DNA of 45,299 bases from Tubiluchus corallicola (lineage: Eukaryota > Animalia > Priapulida). Shown here one piece after another: positions 26,496 through 37,499 of the stretch (the first letter of the stretch is position 1; each line of letters starts with the position of its first letter). Position numbers and translations under genes: made by a program. Below the pieces are notes generated by a model that was not told the origin of the DNA, ran no database searches, and worked only from the letters and a program-made list of their open reading frames with translations. The stretch is from NCBI GenBank assembly GCA_030141605.1, contig JAQGDQ010001082.1, positions 19,289 to 64,587 of the forward strand, given 5' to 3'.

Positions 26496-27309
26496 AAACT
26501 ATTAGTTCACCATACAATGTGTAGTGTTGAGTTGTTTTTGTTCTAGGTCTAGTTCGCTGTGGGAATTGAGAGAGATTTTAAATTGTAACGTTCTAGCGGC
26601 GCTTGGTGGGACTCTCGGAAGGAGATATATAGCTCTTTAGAAAGAGGAAGAACGGGGCTACACGATGATGTGGGCTATATTTTAGGACACGTCCACCAAG
26701 AGGAGTAGCGAGGAGTTAATTAGATGTTCTATTTTCGGCAATTTTCGCTTAGAAAACTGCTGACGCAAAGCCATTGTTGTGACGTCATCCATTATACGCT
26801 GCTTATAACTTTAATTCAGTAAAAGCTACTACTGCTGCTGGCTTTGCGTTATAAATGAGGACTGTGTAGGATGTTCGCGTATTTTTGATTATACGTGTAT
26901 TTATACGCAAAATTTTTTGTGGGGCCTTTGCTAGTGTTAATTAAGGCGCTAATTATTGTTTCATGTAGCTTTTGGCAAACGTTACTGCCTGAACATCCAG
27001 TTTTGCAAGCCTTTGGCAAACGTTATATATATATAACGTTCGTATATATATATTTATATATATAAATACATTCATATAATGTATTGTATAATTTTATATA
27101 GTCACGAAATTTGACCATTTTACGAAATAAAAGAAAATTTCTTTTTTTTCACTTTATACGTAGTACGTGACGTTTTTAAAGGATAGACATCTAGCTGTCT
27201 GTTGTGCTTGGCTTCTACACAACAAAGCAGATTGGCTTCTTTTAGCAACGTGGTTTCTCTGCTTCAATCCCCTCCTAATCTAACAATAACGAAGCGTTAG
27301 CCGTGAAAG

Positions 27310-27598
27310 AGTTCTGAGCTGAACATAAATCGAAGCTCACAATTCAGCGTGCATTTATGGCTATCAATCACCAGCGACGGGTCGAGATACGAATACAAAC
27401 TTGTGTTTGCGTGGGGGCGTAAGCACTCGTGTGCACGCATGCGTGCGCGAAATCAGTTCTGAGCTGAACATAAGTCGAAGCTCACAATTCAGCGTGCATT
27501 TATGGCTATCAATCACCAGCGACGGGTCGAGATACGAATACAAACTTGAGTTTGCGTGGGGGCGTAAGCACTCGTGTGCACGCATGCGTGCGCGAAAT
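27310..27598. repeat. 145-bp tandem duplication
   Basis: gttctgagct at 27311 and 27456. Confidence 0.93.
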
Positions 27599-27699
27599 GA
27601 CAGACACTAATTAACATTGCAAAGTGCAAGCAATGCAGTATCGACAGAAAATTATTATCGTGAGTTAATCTGAACTATTTTTTATCATGAAGAAGCAGT

Positions 27700-28075
27700 G
27701 GTGTTGATGATGATGATGAGGCTGATCATGATGACGATGCCGTGATGCTGCTGCTGCTGATGATGATGGTGGTGGTGGTGGTGGTGGTGGTGGTAATAGT
27801 AGTAGTGGTGGTGGTGGTGGTGATGATGATGGTGATGACGACGATGGTGGTGGTGGTGGTAGTAGTAGTGGTGTGGTGGTGGTGTTGGTGGTTGTGGTGG
27901 TGTTAGTGGTGGGTGGTGTTGGTAATAATGATGATGATGATGATGACGATAATAATGATGATGATGGTGGTGGTGGTGGTGGTAATAGTAGTGGTGGTGG
28001 TGATGGTGGTGGTGAATGTGGTGTTGGTGGTGGTGGTTTTGGTGGTGATGGTGTTGATGATGATGACGATGGTGT
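27700..28075. repeat. GGT/GAT compound microsatellite
   Basis: Direct inspection. Confidence 0.95.
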
Positions 28076-28180
28076 TCCTTGAAACATTTTGTTTAGTTCA
28101 AAAAAAAGTATGAAATTCGTCCATTTTATCACTATTACTCAAAATAAATTTCTTGTAATTTTTTCAAGTTTCCAGAACTT

Positions 28181-28650
28181 CGCCATCTAGCGGGCATTTT
28201 AGACAGTACAACACTTGGATACGCCTTGCAACAAGAGAGACACCGCAGCGTAATTCTTAATCAATCAGTGCTCCCATTAAACGCGACTGTTGTGGTACTA
28301 ACACTTTACGAAACGCTTTCATTCTATAATATCCTTGAATCGCGCCATCTAGCGTGCATTTTAGACAGTACAGCGCTTGGATACGCCTTGCAACAAGAGA
28401 GACACCGCAGCGTAATTCTTAATCAATCAGGGATGGCATTAAACGCGACTGTTGTGGTACTAACACTTTACGCTTTCATTCTATAATATCCTTGAATCGC
28501 GCCATCTAGCGTGCATTTTAGACAGTACAGCGCTTGGATACGCCTTGCAGCAAGAGAGACACCGCAGCGTAATTCTTAATCAATCAGTGCTCGCATTAAA
28601 CGCGACTGTTGTGGTACTAACACTTTACGAAACGCTTTCATTCTATAATG
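28181..28650. repeat. ~160-bp tandem repeat, 3 copies
   Basis: cgccatctagcg at 28181, 28343 and 28500. Confidence 0.93.
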
Positions 28651-28887
28651 TCACCGCAATAAATTGCGACCGCGTTATTGCCGCGTCGCAACGGGCCACA
28701 AGGGACAAACGGAGATCCGAGAAAAAAGGGCAGCGTAATCAAATTGTGCGACTCTGATACACAGTCAGCCGTTGATGGATGAATTCTCTAAATCTCTTAG
28801 CCTAATTGAATCTCACTAACAGCAGGCTGATATTCGCTGCCATTGCATCGCAGAGACGGGATTGATCTGGCAAAGTGAGTCAACTGC

Positions 28888-29345
28888 GTGATAAAGACGT
28901 TGCTAAGTGGAAGCTGAGGAAAGACTGTTGCCGTGGCAAGCAGCATGAACTAGAGGAAAGGCTGTTGCCGTGGCAAGCAGCATGAACTAGAGGAAAGGCT
29001 GTTGCCGTGGCAGGCAGCATGAACTAGAGGAAAGGCTGTTGCCGTGGCAGGCAGCATGAACTAAAGAATGAAGATGGAATCCAAGACGCAAAATAGATCT
29101 TATTTGCGGTTTCAGTACATGAATGTTGTACTGTTTGAAGCTTGACCTTGACCTTGACCTTGACCTTCTGTCTGATAAAGACGTCGCTAAGTGGAAGCTG
29201 CGGAAAGGCTGTTGCCGTGGCAGGCAGCATGAACTAAAGAATGAAGATGGAATCCAAGACGGAAAATAGATCTTATTTGCAGTTTCAGTACATGAACGTT
29301 GTACTGTTTGAAGCTTGACCTTGACCTTGAGCGTGACCTTGAGCT
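28888..29345. repeat. Nested tandem repeats with (TGACCT)n runs
   Basis: Short ggaaaggctgttgccgtggcargcagcatgaacta units sit inside a larger duplication. Confidence 0.88.
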
Positions 29346-29444
29346 CGTTTTGTTTTGTAGTGTTTGTCTTTGAAAACATGTCAAACTTCTGTTTAGTGTA
29401 TACTAAAAACAACACAATCTGTATTACAAATTAGTTTTTATTTA

Positions 29445-30065
29445 GAGATGAGATGAGATTAGATTAGACAAGATTATGTTAGATTAGATGTAGATAGATT
29501 ACTTTAGATCAGATTAGTTACACAACACTACACCACACACTACACTACACTACACTACACTACACTACACTACACTACACTACACTACACTACACTACAC
29601 TACACTACACTACACTACACTACACAACACTACACCACACCACACCACACCACAGTACACTACACTACACTACACTACACTACACTACACTACACTACAC
29701 TACACTACACTACACTACACTACACTACACTACACTACACTACACTAACATAACACAACACTACACTACACTACACTACACTACACTACACTACACTACA
29801 CTACACTACACTACACTACACTACACTACACTAACACGACACTACACTACACTACACTACACTACACTACACTACACTACACTACACTACACTACACTAC
29901 ACTACACTACACTACACTACACCACACTACACCACACCACACCACACCACACCACACCACACCACACCACACCACACCACACCACACTACACTACACTAC
30001 ACTACATTACATTACATTACATTACATTATATTATATTGTATTACATTACAGTGCATTAAATTAG
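29445..30065. repeat. Pentanucleotide microsatellite (TACAC/CACAC/TACAT/ATTAG)
   Basis: Direct inspection. Confidence 0.97.
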
Positions 30066-31002
30066 ACTGTCCATTTTGACAATTAAGTTTCAAAAATTCT
30101 AAGCAATCTTAATTAGATTATTGTTTTTTCTGGATAAGATGGCATTACAACAATTTAGAATATACATTAGTCACAATTTACAATAAAAAGAAATTCACTT
30201 GTAAAATATTTACAAACGATTTTCTAAAGATAGTCAGACTCACAAAATAGGAGACGCAATCTTATTATGAGGTTACCAATAATTTAACAAGAATTTCCAG
30301 GCTTTAGATCCGCCCCGAGAACTTGAATCCGCCTTTTATGAAGGAAATTAATTAACGGTATTTGATGGGCTCATCTAGCGACACGCGAGCATAAATATGG
30401 CCGTTATCCCAACATTTGTCGGAAATCAATTTGTTCCTCAGCTTCCCTGTAAATCAGCTTCCACCGACCGCTGATCTTTTATGCGCTCGCTGGATGAATA
30501 TGAAATCAGCCCGTGTATCTGACGATCGTAAATCAAGTGCGCTTAAGTTTACACTTCCGGGCAACGATTACATCACGCTGCGCGGTTTATGCACTTGTCA
30601 CGTGATTCATAAGCGAGGTGACTATTATCATGTAGGAGCTATTGTGAAGCCATTGTGAAGCCGTTTCTAAAGCTTCCAGTATGCAAATGGCGTCGTTAGC
30701 ATTCGTCATTAAATTAAAGTCATCTTCAACGTGTTTTATCTCGGCTTAGCTGGAGATACAGGAAATGGGCATTTGTTAGGTGTGAAGCCACCCGCCTGCG
30801 AGAAAAATCAGATTATGGCTTCATATTTTTGCCTCGCGTATGATTGCTCAAGCGAGGTGGGTGACTGAGTGAATTGTGCGCTCGGTACCTAGGTGACGTT
30901 GCTAAGAACAGAGCCTCAGATTCAACTTCTAGCACTTGAGTGCATTGTCGTACACAATGTCGTATGCATGTAGATGTCTTAAAATCCATCCTGCTGACTG
31001 TC

Positions 31003-31805
31003 GTTAAGTAGTTGGCATCTTACTTGCTTAGTTAACTAGTTGGCCTCTTACGTGTGCAGTTAAGTAGTCGGTCTCTTAATTATGTAGTTAAGTAGTTGGC
31101 CTCTTAATTGTGTAGTTAAGTAGTTGGTCTCTTAATTGTGCAGTTAAGTAGTTGGTCTCTTACTTGTGCAGTTAAGTAGTTGGTCTCTTACTTGTGCAGT
31201 TAAGTAGTTGGTCTCTTACTTGTGCAGTTAAGTAGTTGGTCTCTTACTTGTGCAGTTAAGTAGTTGGCCTCTTAATTGTGTAGTTAAGTAGTTGGTCTCT
31301 TACTTGTGCAGTTAAGTAGTTGGTCTCTTACTTGTGTAGTTAAGTAGTTGGTCTCTTACTTGTGCAGTTAAGTAGTTGGCCTCTTAATTGTGTAGTTAAG
31401 TAGTTGGTCTCTTTCTTGCGTAGTTAAGTAGTTGGCATCTTACTTGCGTATTTAAGTAGTTGTCCTCTTACTTGCGTAGTTAAGTGGTTGGCATCTTACT
31501 TGCGTAGTTAAGTAGTTGGCATCTTACTTGCGTAGTTAAATAGTTGGCCTCTTACTTGCGTAGTTTGTAGTTGGCCTCTTACTTGTGTAGTTAAATAGTT
31601 GGCATCTTACTTGCGTAGTTAAGTAGTTGGCATCTTACTTGCGTAGTTAAGTGGTTGGCATCTTACTTGCGTAGTTAAGTAGTAGGCATCTTACTTGCGT
31701 AGTTAAATAGTTGGCTTCTTACTTGCGTAGTTTGTAGTTGGCCTCTTACTTGCGTAGTTAAATAGTTGGCATATTACTTGTGTAGTTAAGTAGTTGGCAT
31801 CTTAC
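31003..31805. repeat. 28-bp minisatellite (gttaagtagttggtctcttacttgtgca)
   Basis: Period 28, nearly 30 copies. Confidence 0.96.
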
Positions 31806-32489
31806 GTAAATATAAAGTCTTGAAATGCCGTAAACATCTTTCACCAGAAGCTCGCTTAGATTTAATTCAGAGCGTAGTTTATTTCCTAACCCCCAATGCA
31901 CACGACCTCCATATATGCGGCCAATCACTCTCATCCTTTGAGATGCAACAAAATATTACCACAAATTGAAATATCAAGCCGCAGACGCACCGCGCATTGT
32001 CGGCAGTCAATTCAAGTCAATTTTCGCTTCATACTTTGTATCTCTTGGCGGTAAATTCGTTAGCCGAATATAACAGAGCGATCGCTCCCATGGCTTTGTG
32101 CTGCCTGCCTCAACACCTAATGAAATTGTTGATGTAGGCTTACAGACGGTAATTGAATTGGGAACAAATTGACCTCTGCGTCTTCATGTGTCATCATGGG
32201 ACCGTCAGCATATAGAAATGAATCTTTGCTGATCACTTTGTAATGCTATGCTATGTTGAAAAGCAAGGATTAATACTGATGGAGACAGATAATTAATGAT
32301 ATATCAATAAAGTTAGATGGTCTTAACTCAATTGTGGGCAAGAAAATAGGGAGGAAAGCTGGTACCGAACTAAAGTTTGCCCACACTTAATAAGCCTGTT
32401 AGCTTTTACAATCAAAGAATCAAACAACACAATCATTAACAAGTCACGAGGAATTATATTATAATAACTATACTAGCAGGTACAATCAC

Positions 32490-33358
32490 AGAATCAAATA
32501 ACATAATTATTATCAATACTAAAATACCACTATACTAAAACTCAGCGGTACAATTAGCCTGGATAGCCCACAGGTCTAAATGTTCAAGGTAGACCTGTCT
32601 TACACAGCTTAAATACAGAAAACTAGAACACTATTAATGTAAAAGGTCATTCAGAAGCAAATAACATAAATATTAACAAGTCATAAGCAATTGTATTAGG
32701 TAACTTTACTAAAATACGGCGGAACAATTAGCCTGACTAGCCCACAGGTCTAAATGTTCAAGGTAGACCTGTCTTACATAGCTTAAATACAGAAAACTAG
32801 AACACTATTAATGTAAAAGGTCATTCAGAAGCAAATAACATAAATATTAACAAGTCATAAGCAATTGTATTAGGTAACTTTACTAAAACACAGCGGAACA
32901 ATTAGCCTGACTAGCCCACACGTCTAAATGTTCAAGATAGACCTGTCGTACACAGCTTAAATACAGAAAACTAGAACCCTATTAATGTAAAAGGTCATTC
33001 AGAAGCAAATAACATAAATATTAACAAGTGACGAGCAATTATATTAGGTAACTTTACTAAAACACAGTGGAACAATTAGCCTGGCTAGCCCGCAGGTCAA
33101 AATGTTCAAGGTAGACCTGTGTTACACAGCTTAAATACAGAAAACTAGAACACTATTAATGTAAAAGGTCATTCAGAAGCAAATAACATAAATATTAACA
33201 AGTCATAAGCAATTGTATTAGGTAACTATATTAAAACACAGCGGAACAATTAGCCTGACTAGCCACAGGTCTAAATGTTCAAGGTAGACCTGTCTTACAC
33301 AGCTTAAACACAGAAAACTAGAGCACTATTAATGTAAAAGGTCATTCAGAAGCAAATA
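32490..33358. repeat. 174-bp tandem repeat, about 5 copies
   Basis: cccaca recurs at 32567, 32741 and 32915. Confidence 0.95.
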
Positions 33359-33864
33359 CGTGCAGTGAGATTAGAGGGATATTTAAGCTATATCAATGCT
33401 GTAACAAGCCTAAAAAAGGGAGGGAATGAGATGAAAAAAAATGTAATATTCACAAGTGAAGTTAATCAAACGCGAAGTAATTATGAGACGAACTTCGCGT
33501 CAACAATAACAGATTTTTACAGCATGATACACCAGTTTTTGAAAATTCTATTGTTGAAGCTCGAGAAATTAATTGACCCACTTCTTTTTTTATTTAGCTC
33601 CTTTGACTGGATTGGCCTCATCAACACTTTTTATTTGATAGGCTACATGGTACTATTCGTAGACTTTCGATGCATTTCTGTTCCCTACCCCCATTTTTCG
33701 ATTTTTGCCCCCTAGCGGGATCGCGGATTATCTGTTCTCGTTGCACCCTGCACAATCCGATCTGCCACATCGAGATCTTTCCTTTGATACGCCACAAGGT
33801 AATATTCCGAGACACTTGATGCATTTCTGCTCCCAATCCACAATTTTTGTTTTTTTTCCTTTGA

Positions 33865-34045
33865 CCGTGTGCACCACGTCACAACTGAACAGATTTGAAC
33901 TAAGTGGTACAGCACCGCTTTTTGTGCAACACGTTTCCGTGATAAAAGTGCCAGTGCGCATCTAACTAGCAAATGGCGAAATGCATTTCCACTCTGTGGA
34001 GTAAATTCTTCACTAAGTCATTCTTAAAAAATAGTATTTTGCCTT
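33865..34045 (-). mobile_element. Diverged internal fragment of family B
   Basis: The reverse complement aligns to about 20305-20515 and 26000-26205. Confidence 0.55.
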
Positions 34046-34957
34046 TCAATAATTATAGGGTACATTGTTTTGAACTGTAGGATCCTCAGCGCCGATTCAC
34101 AGGAAAAGTGTTTCCCAGATAACTTTTCACAGAAAATACATTTCCCATAAAACATTTTTTCTGGAAAACTCCTAACTTTCACAGAAAAAGCATTTCCCGG
34201 AAACATTTTTTAACACAAAAAACACGGTTGCGTCTTTGACTGATAATTCTTCTATCCTATTAGGATAAACCTTGCAATTTTTCTTTTCCATTTCCATCTC
34301 TTCTATTGCAGGTCAAACAAATTAAGTCCCTATCAGCATTTAAAACAAAATTAAAATCACTAATATTGACGAGATATGAAATACCATCACACCAGTACGA
34401 CAACATAGACACTAATTCAGAATTTATATATCCACGGCCATATTAATTAAATCATAGTTTTTTCATTTTTTTCTGCATAGTTGTAAATATGTTTGATTTT
34501 ATTCGTCGTTACTTTCCATTACTGCACAGTAGTTTAGATTGCACTGACGCATTTGCCTTTACCAGTGTAAGTTTTTATTAACTAACACTGATTGATCATC
34601 TCTGTAAAGTTTTTATCAGTGATTACCAATGTATTTTAATGGCAAATAAACATTATTATATATATATATTTGTATCTCCCTATTTATCTCCCTCTGTTCC
34701 TACCCCCTTTCATGGCTAAAGAGTGTAGTTCTTAGTCCGTGGTAAAGAGTTTATAAACCGAGTACAAAGATTACAGTTTGTTGTTTGTACAAGACGAGGC
34801 AGCGTTGACGGTATGTTTACCTTTAATGTGCTGTATAACATGGAACTGATAAAAAGTACAAAGTTGAAGTTACTTCATCTCGTGTCTGTAGCTACACCAG
34901 CCATTCATACACGTTCTCAATAAGCAGAAGAGGTCAGAAAATTCCATTCGGTAAGAA

Positions 34958-36262
34958 ATGGCAGCTTCATTAGACGAGCCGCAAACTCCAGCTGAAATTG
35001 TTGATGCGATGGGCGACTGGAACGAGAGATACGATTATGTTTTTGGAAACGAAGATTTTCAGGAATTATGTGATGTAACTTTTTCAGTTGGTGAAACCAT
35101 CATCAACGCTAGTCGGTACGTACTTGCACTTAGGAGTGACGTTTTTAAGAGGATGCTGTTTGGGCCGCTGTGTCATAAACTTGGTGATGTCATACCAATA
35201 ACAGACGTTGAACCTGAAGTGTTCCTGCTGCTTTTGAGGTTCATTTATACTGACAAAGCTGAATTAACTAGTGATAATGTTCTTCAAGTACTTTACACAG
35301 CTAAAAAGTACAACATTCGTGAACTTGAAAAGATGGCTGTTGATATTCTTAAATGTAACATTACAGCTGATAATGCTAGCACCATTCTGACAGCAGCTTG
35401 CTTCTACGAAATGCTGGACGTAGAGATGAAGTGTTTGGAGGTCATTATCGCCAAGACAGAAGCAGTTATAAAGTCTGACAGTTTTACCTCCTTGAGCTAC
35501 GACAACTTATTGAGGATTGTCAAACTTGATGAACTGACAATTAGTGAAGAGGGGAAACTATTTGATGCAGTTTTAAGATGGGCTGATGCTGAATGTGAAC
35601 GAAAGAAACTAGAACAAGACACGTTTAACAAGAGAGAAGTTTTGCGTGACATTTTGTTTCAGGTGAGATTTCCGACCATGTGTCATGAACTATTCATCAG
35701 AGGACCAGTAGCAACTGGAATACTAAATGACAAGGAACAACTGAATGTTTTGATCAATCAGTTTCAAGGAGGGACTTCAGAGTCAATATTTCCTAAAACG
35801 CAACGAAACTACGCAGAAGTCGTGTCAGTCATGTGTACTGAATATTTTGAAAAAATGAATGATTTTACAATAAGAGCGTGTCCATTTCTCATATCAGAAG
35901 TGTTTGCAATCACTGGTAATGCTGATAACCTTGTGATTAGTCTTTCCAGCTGTAATGACGACACCTGCTCCAAAACAGTAGATAATCGTGCTAAAGGCTG
36001 TTGCATGGAATTACACATTGTTCGCTGTTCCACTTCTACTAGTCACAGAATATTTAAGAACAGTTATATTGAAGTGATTAACAATAATCCACAAAGGTCA
36101 TTAATAACTTTTCTAGACAAAGATATACATATAGGTGCAGGGGAAAGTGTGTGCTGGTTTCAGAGTAATATTGCACAGTTTGAAACCATCATGGACCCCG
36201 CCTCCGGGTTTATTAATGATGGAAAAATTCGCATAAAAGTTATGATGCTGCTTAGAAGATGA
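34958..36262 (+). CDS. BTB/POZ-BACK domain protein (BTBD1/2/3/6-like N-terminal half) with a divergent, possibly MATH-like C-terminus; single coding exon
   Basis: 434-aa ORF with a good start context (gaaATGG). BTB motifs are CDVTFSVG, ASRYVLALRSDVFKRMLFGP and DVEPEVFLLLLRFIYTD. BACK motifs are EGKLFDAVLRWADAEC and VRFPTM. Confidence 0.92.
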   Translation: MAASLDEPQTPAEIVDAMGDWNERYDYVFGNEDFQELCDVTFSVGETIINASRYVLALRSDVFKRMLFGPLCHKLGDVIPITDVEPEVFLLLLRFIYTDKAELTSDNVLQVLYTAKKYNIRELEKMAVDILKCNITADNASTILTAACFYEMLDVEMKCLEVIIAKTEAVIKSDSFTSLSYDNLLRIVKLDELTISEEGKLFDAVLRWADAECERKKLEQDTFNKREVLRDILFQVRFPTMCHELFIRGPVATGILNDKEQLNVLINQFQGGTSESIFPKTQRNYAEVVSVMCTEYFEKMNDFTIRACPFLISEVFAITGNADNLVISLSSCNDDTCSKTVDNRAKGCCMELHIVRCSTSTSHRIFKNSYIEVINNNPQRSLITFLDKDIHIGAGESVCWFQSNIAQFETIMDPASGFINDGKIRIKVMMLLRR

Positions 36263-36577
36263 AAGGAACATCATTTATTGGACCTGACGATTACGATTGA
36301 TGTTTTGTAGACTGTTAATTTTTTGCATCCCATATGTTGGCGCCCAATTTGAAGAAGTAAGTCGATTTGCCAAGATTGCTTATGGTCAGCATAACAACGT
36401 CACAGATAATCTCTAGCGTATGAATTGGTCAACATTTTGACATTGGCATAAGCATTAGAAGCTTTTGACGCTATGCAACGTCATTCTTGGACTAGATTCC
36501 TCCATGGTGGTAAGCCAATAACAGAATCAAAACTCCTAGTTGAAATTCATACCCATCTCAATCTCGTCGTGTTGGAG

Positions 36578-36579
36578 TT

Positions 36580-36648
<69 letters not shown>

Positions 36649-36814
36649 GCTGCTGCTGCTGCTGCTACTGTTGCTCTTGATGTATGATGTAGATAGATGG
36701 ATGGATGGATGGATGGATGGATGGATGGATGGATGGACGGACGGACGGACGGACGGACGGACGGACGGACGGACGGACGGACAGACAGACAGACAGACAG
36801 ACGGACAGACAGAC

Positions 36815-36857
<43 letters not shown>
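36578..36857. repeat. (TTG)n followed by a graded tetranucleotide array GATG>GACG>GACA>GATA
   Basis: Direct inspection. Confidence 0.96.
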
Positions 36858-36914
36858 CTTAATAAACTGGCATCTAGCGAACAGGTGAAAACTATTTGCG
36901 AAAGAAACCAGAGC

Positions 36915-37280
36915 AAAGTGTTTTCAACAAGACAGAAGCTGTTATAAACTCCCACAGTTTTGCTTCCATGAGCTACGATGACGTATTGAGGATTGTCAAA
37001 CTTCATGAACTGACAGCGAGTGAAGAGGGCAAACTATTTGATGCAGTTCTAAGATGGGCTGATGCTGAATGTGAACGAAAGAAACTAGAACAAAACACGT
37101 TCATCAAGAGGGAAGTTGTCATGAACTATTCATCCGAGGACCAGTAGCAACTGGAATACTAAATGACAAGGAACAACTGAATGTTTTGATCAATCAGTTT
37201 CAAGGAGGGACTTCAGAGTCAATAGTTCCTAAAACGCAAAGAGGTGTCGTGTCAGTCATGTGGGCTGCACCTATTGAAAA
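36915..37280 (+). pseudogene. Partial tandem duplicate of the BTB-BACK gene (BACK region)
   Basis: Closely matches about 35445-35850 (KTEAVI...EEGKLFDAVLRWADAECERKKLEQ). It has an internal deletion after gaagtt and a frameshift/stop, and no BTB domain. Confidence 0.88.
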
Positions 37281-37499
37281 GAGAGAAGTGTTGCGCGACA
37301 TTTTGTTTCAGGTCACACTTTGGGAAGTCTGATCTGAAACAAAATGTCGCCCAACATTTTTCACACAATGTACAATGTATCCAGAGTTATTCACCAAAGG
37401 AGCAGTGGTGATTCGATTGTTAAATGACAAGGAGCAACTGAATGTTTTCATCAGAAAGAAACTCCAGAGTCAGTATTTCCTAAAACACGAAGAAACTTT

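Noticed and set aside
27665-28132. Pro/Ser-rich 155-aa ORF
   Set aside because: It is a translation of the GGT/GAT microsatellite.
33365-33972. Cluster of short Cys-containing ORFs, considered as a transposase remnant
   Set aside because: No recognisable domain; part of the region is a diverged copy of MITE family B.
34099-34210. Degenerate ggaaaa/tttccc repeats resembling MULE-type subterminal arrays
   Set aside because: No matching second terminus or TSD was found.
34312-34566. Possible non-coding 5' exon of the BTB gene (strong acceptor at 34311, GTAAGT after 34566)
   Set aside because: Splice-like motifs alone are insufficient without transcript data.
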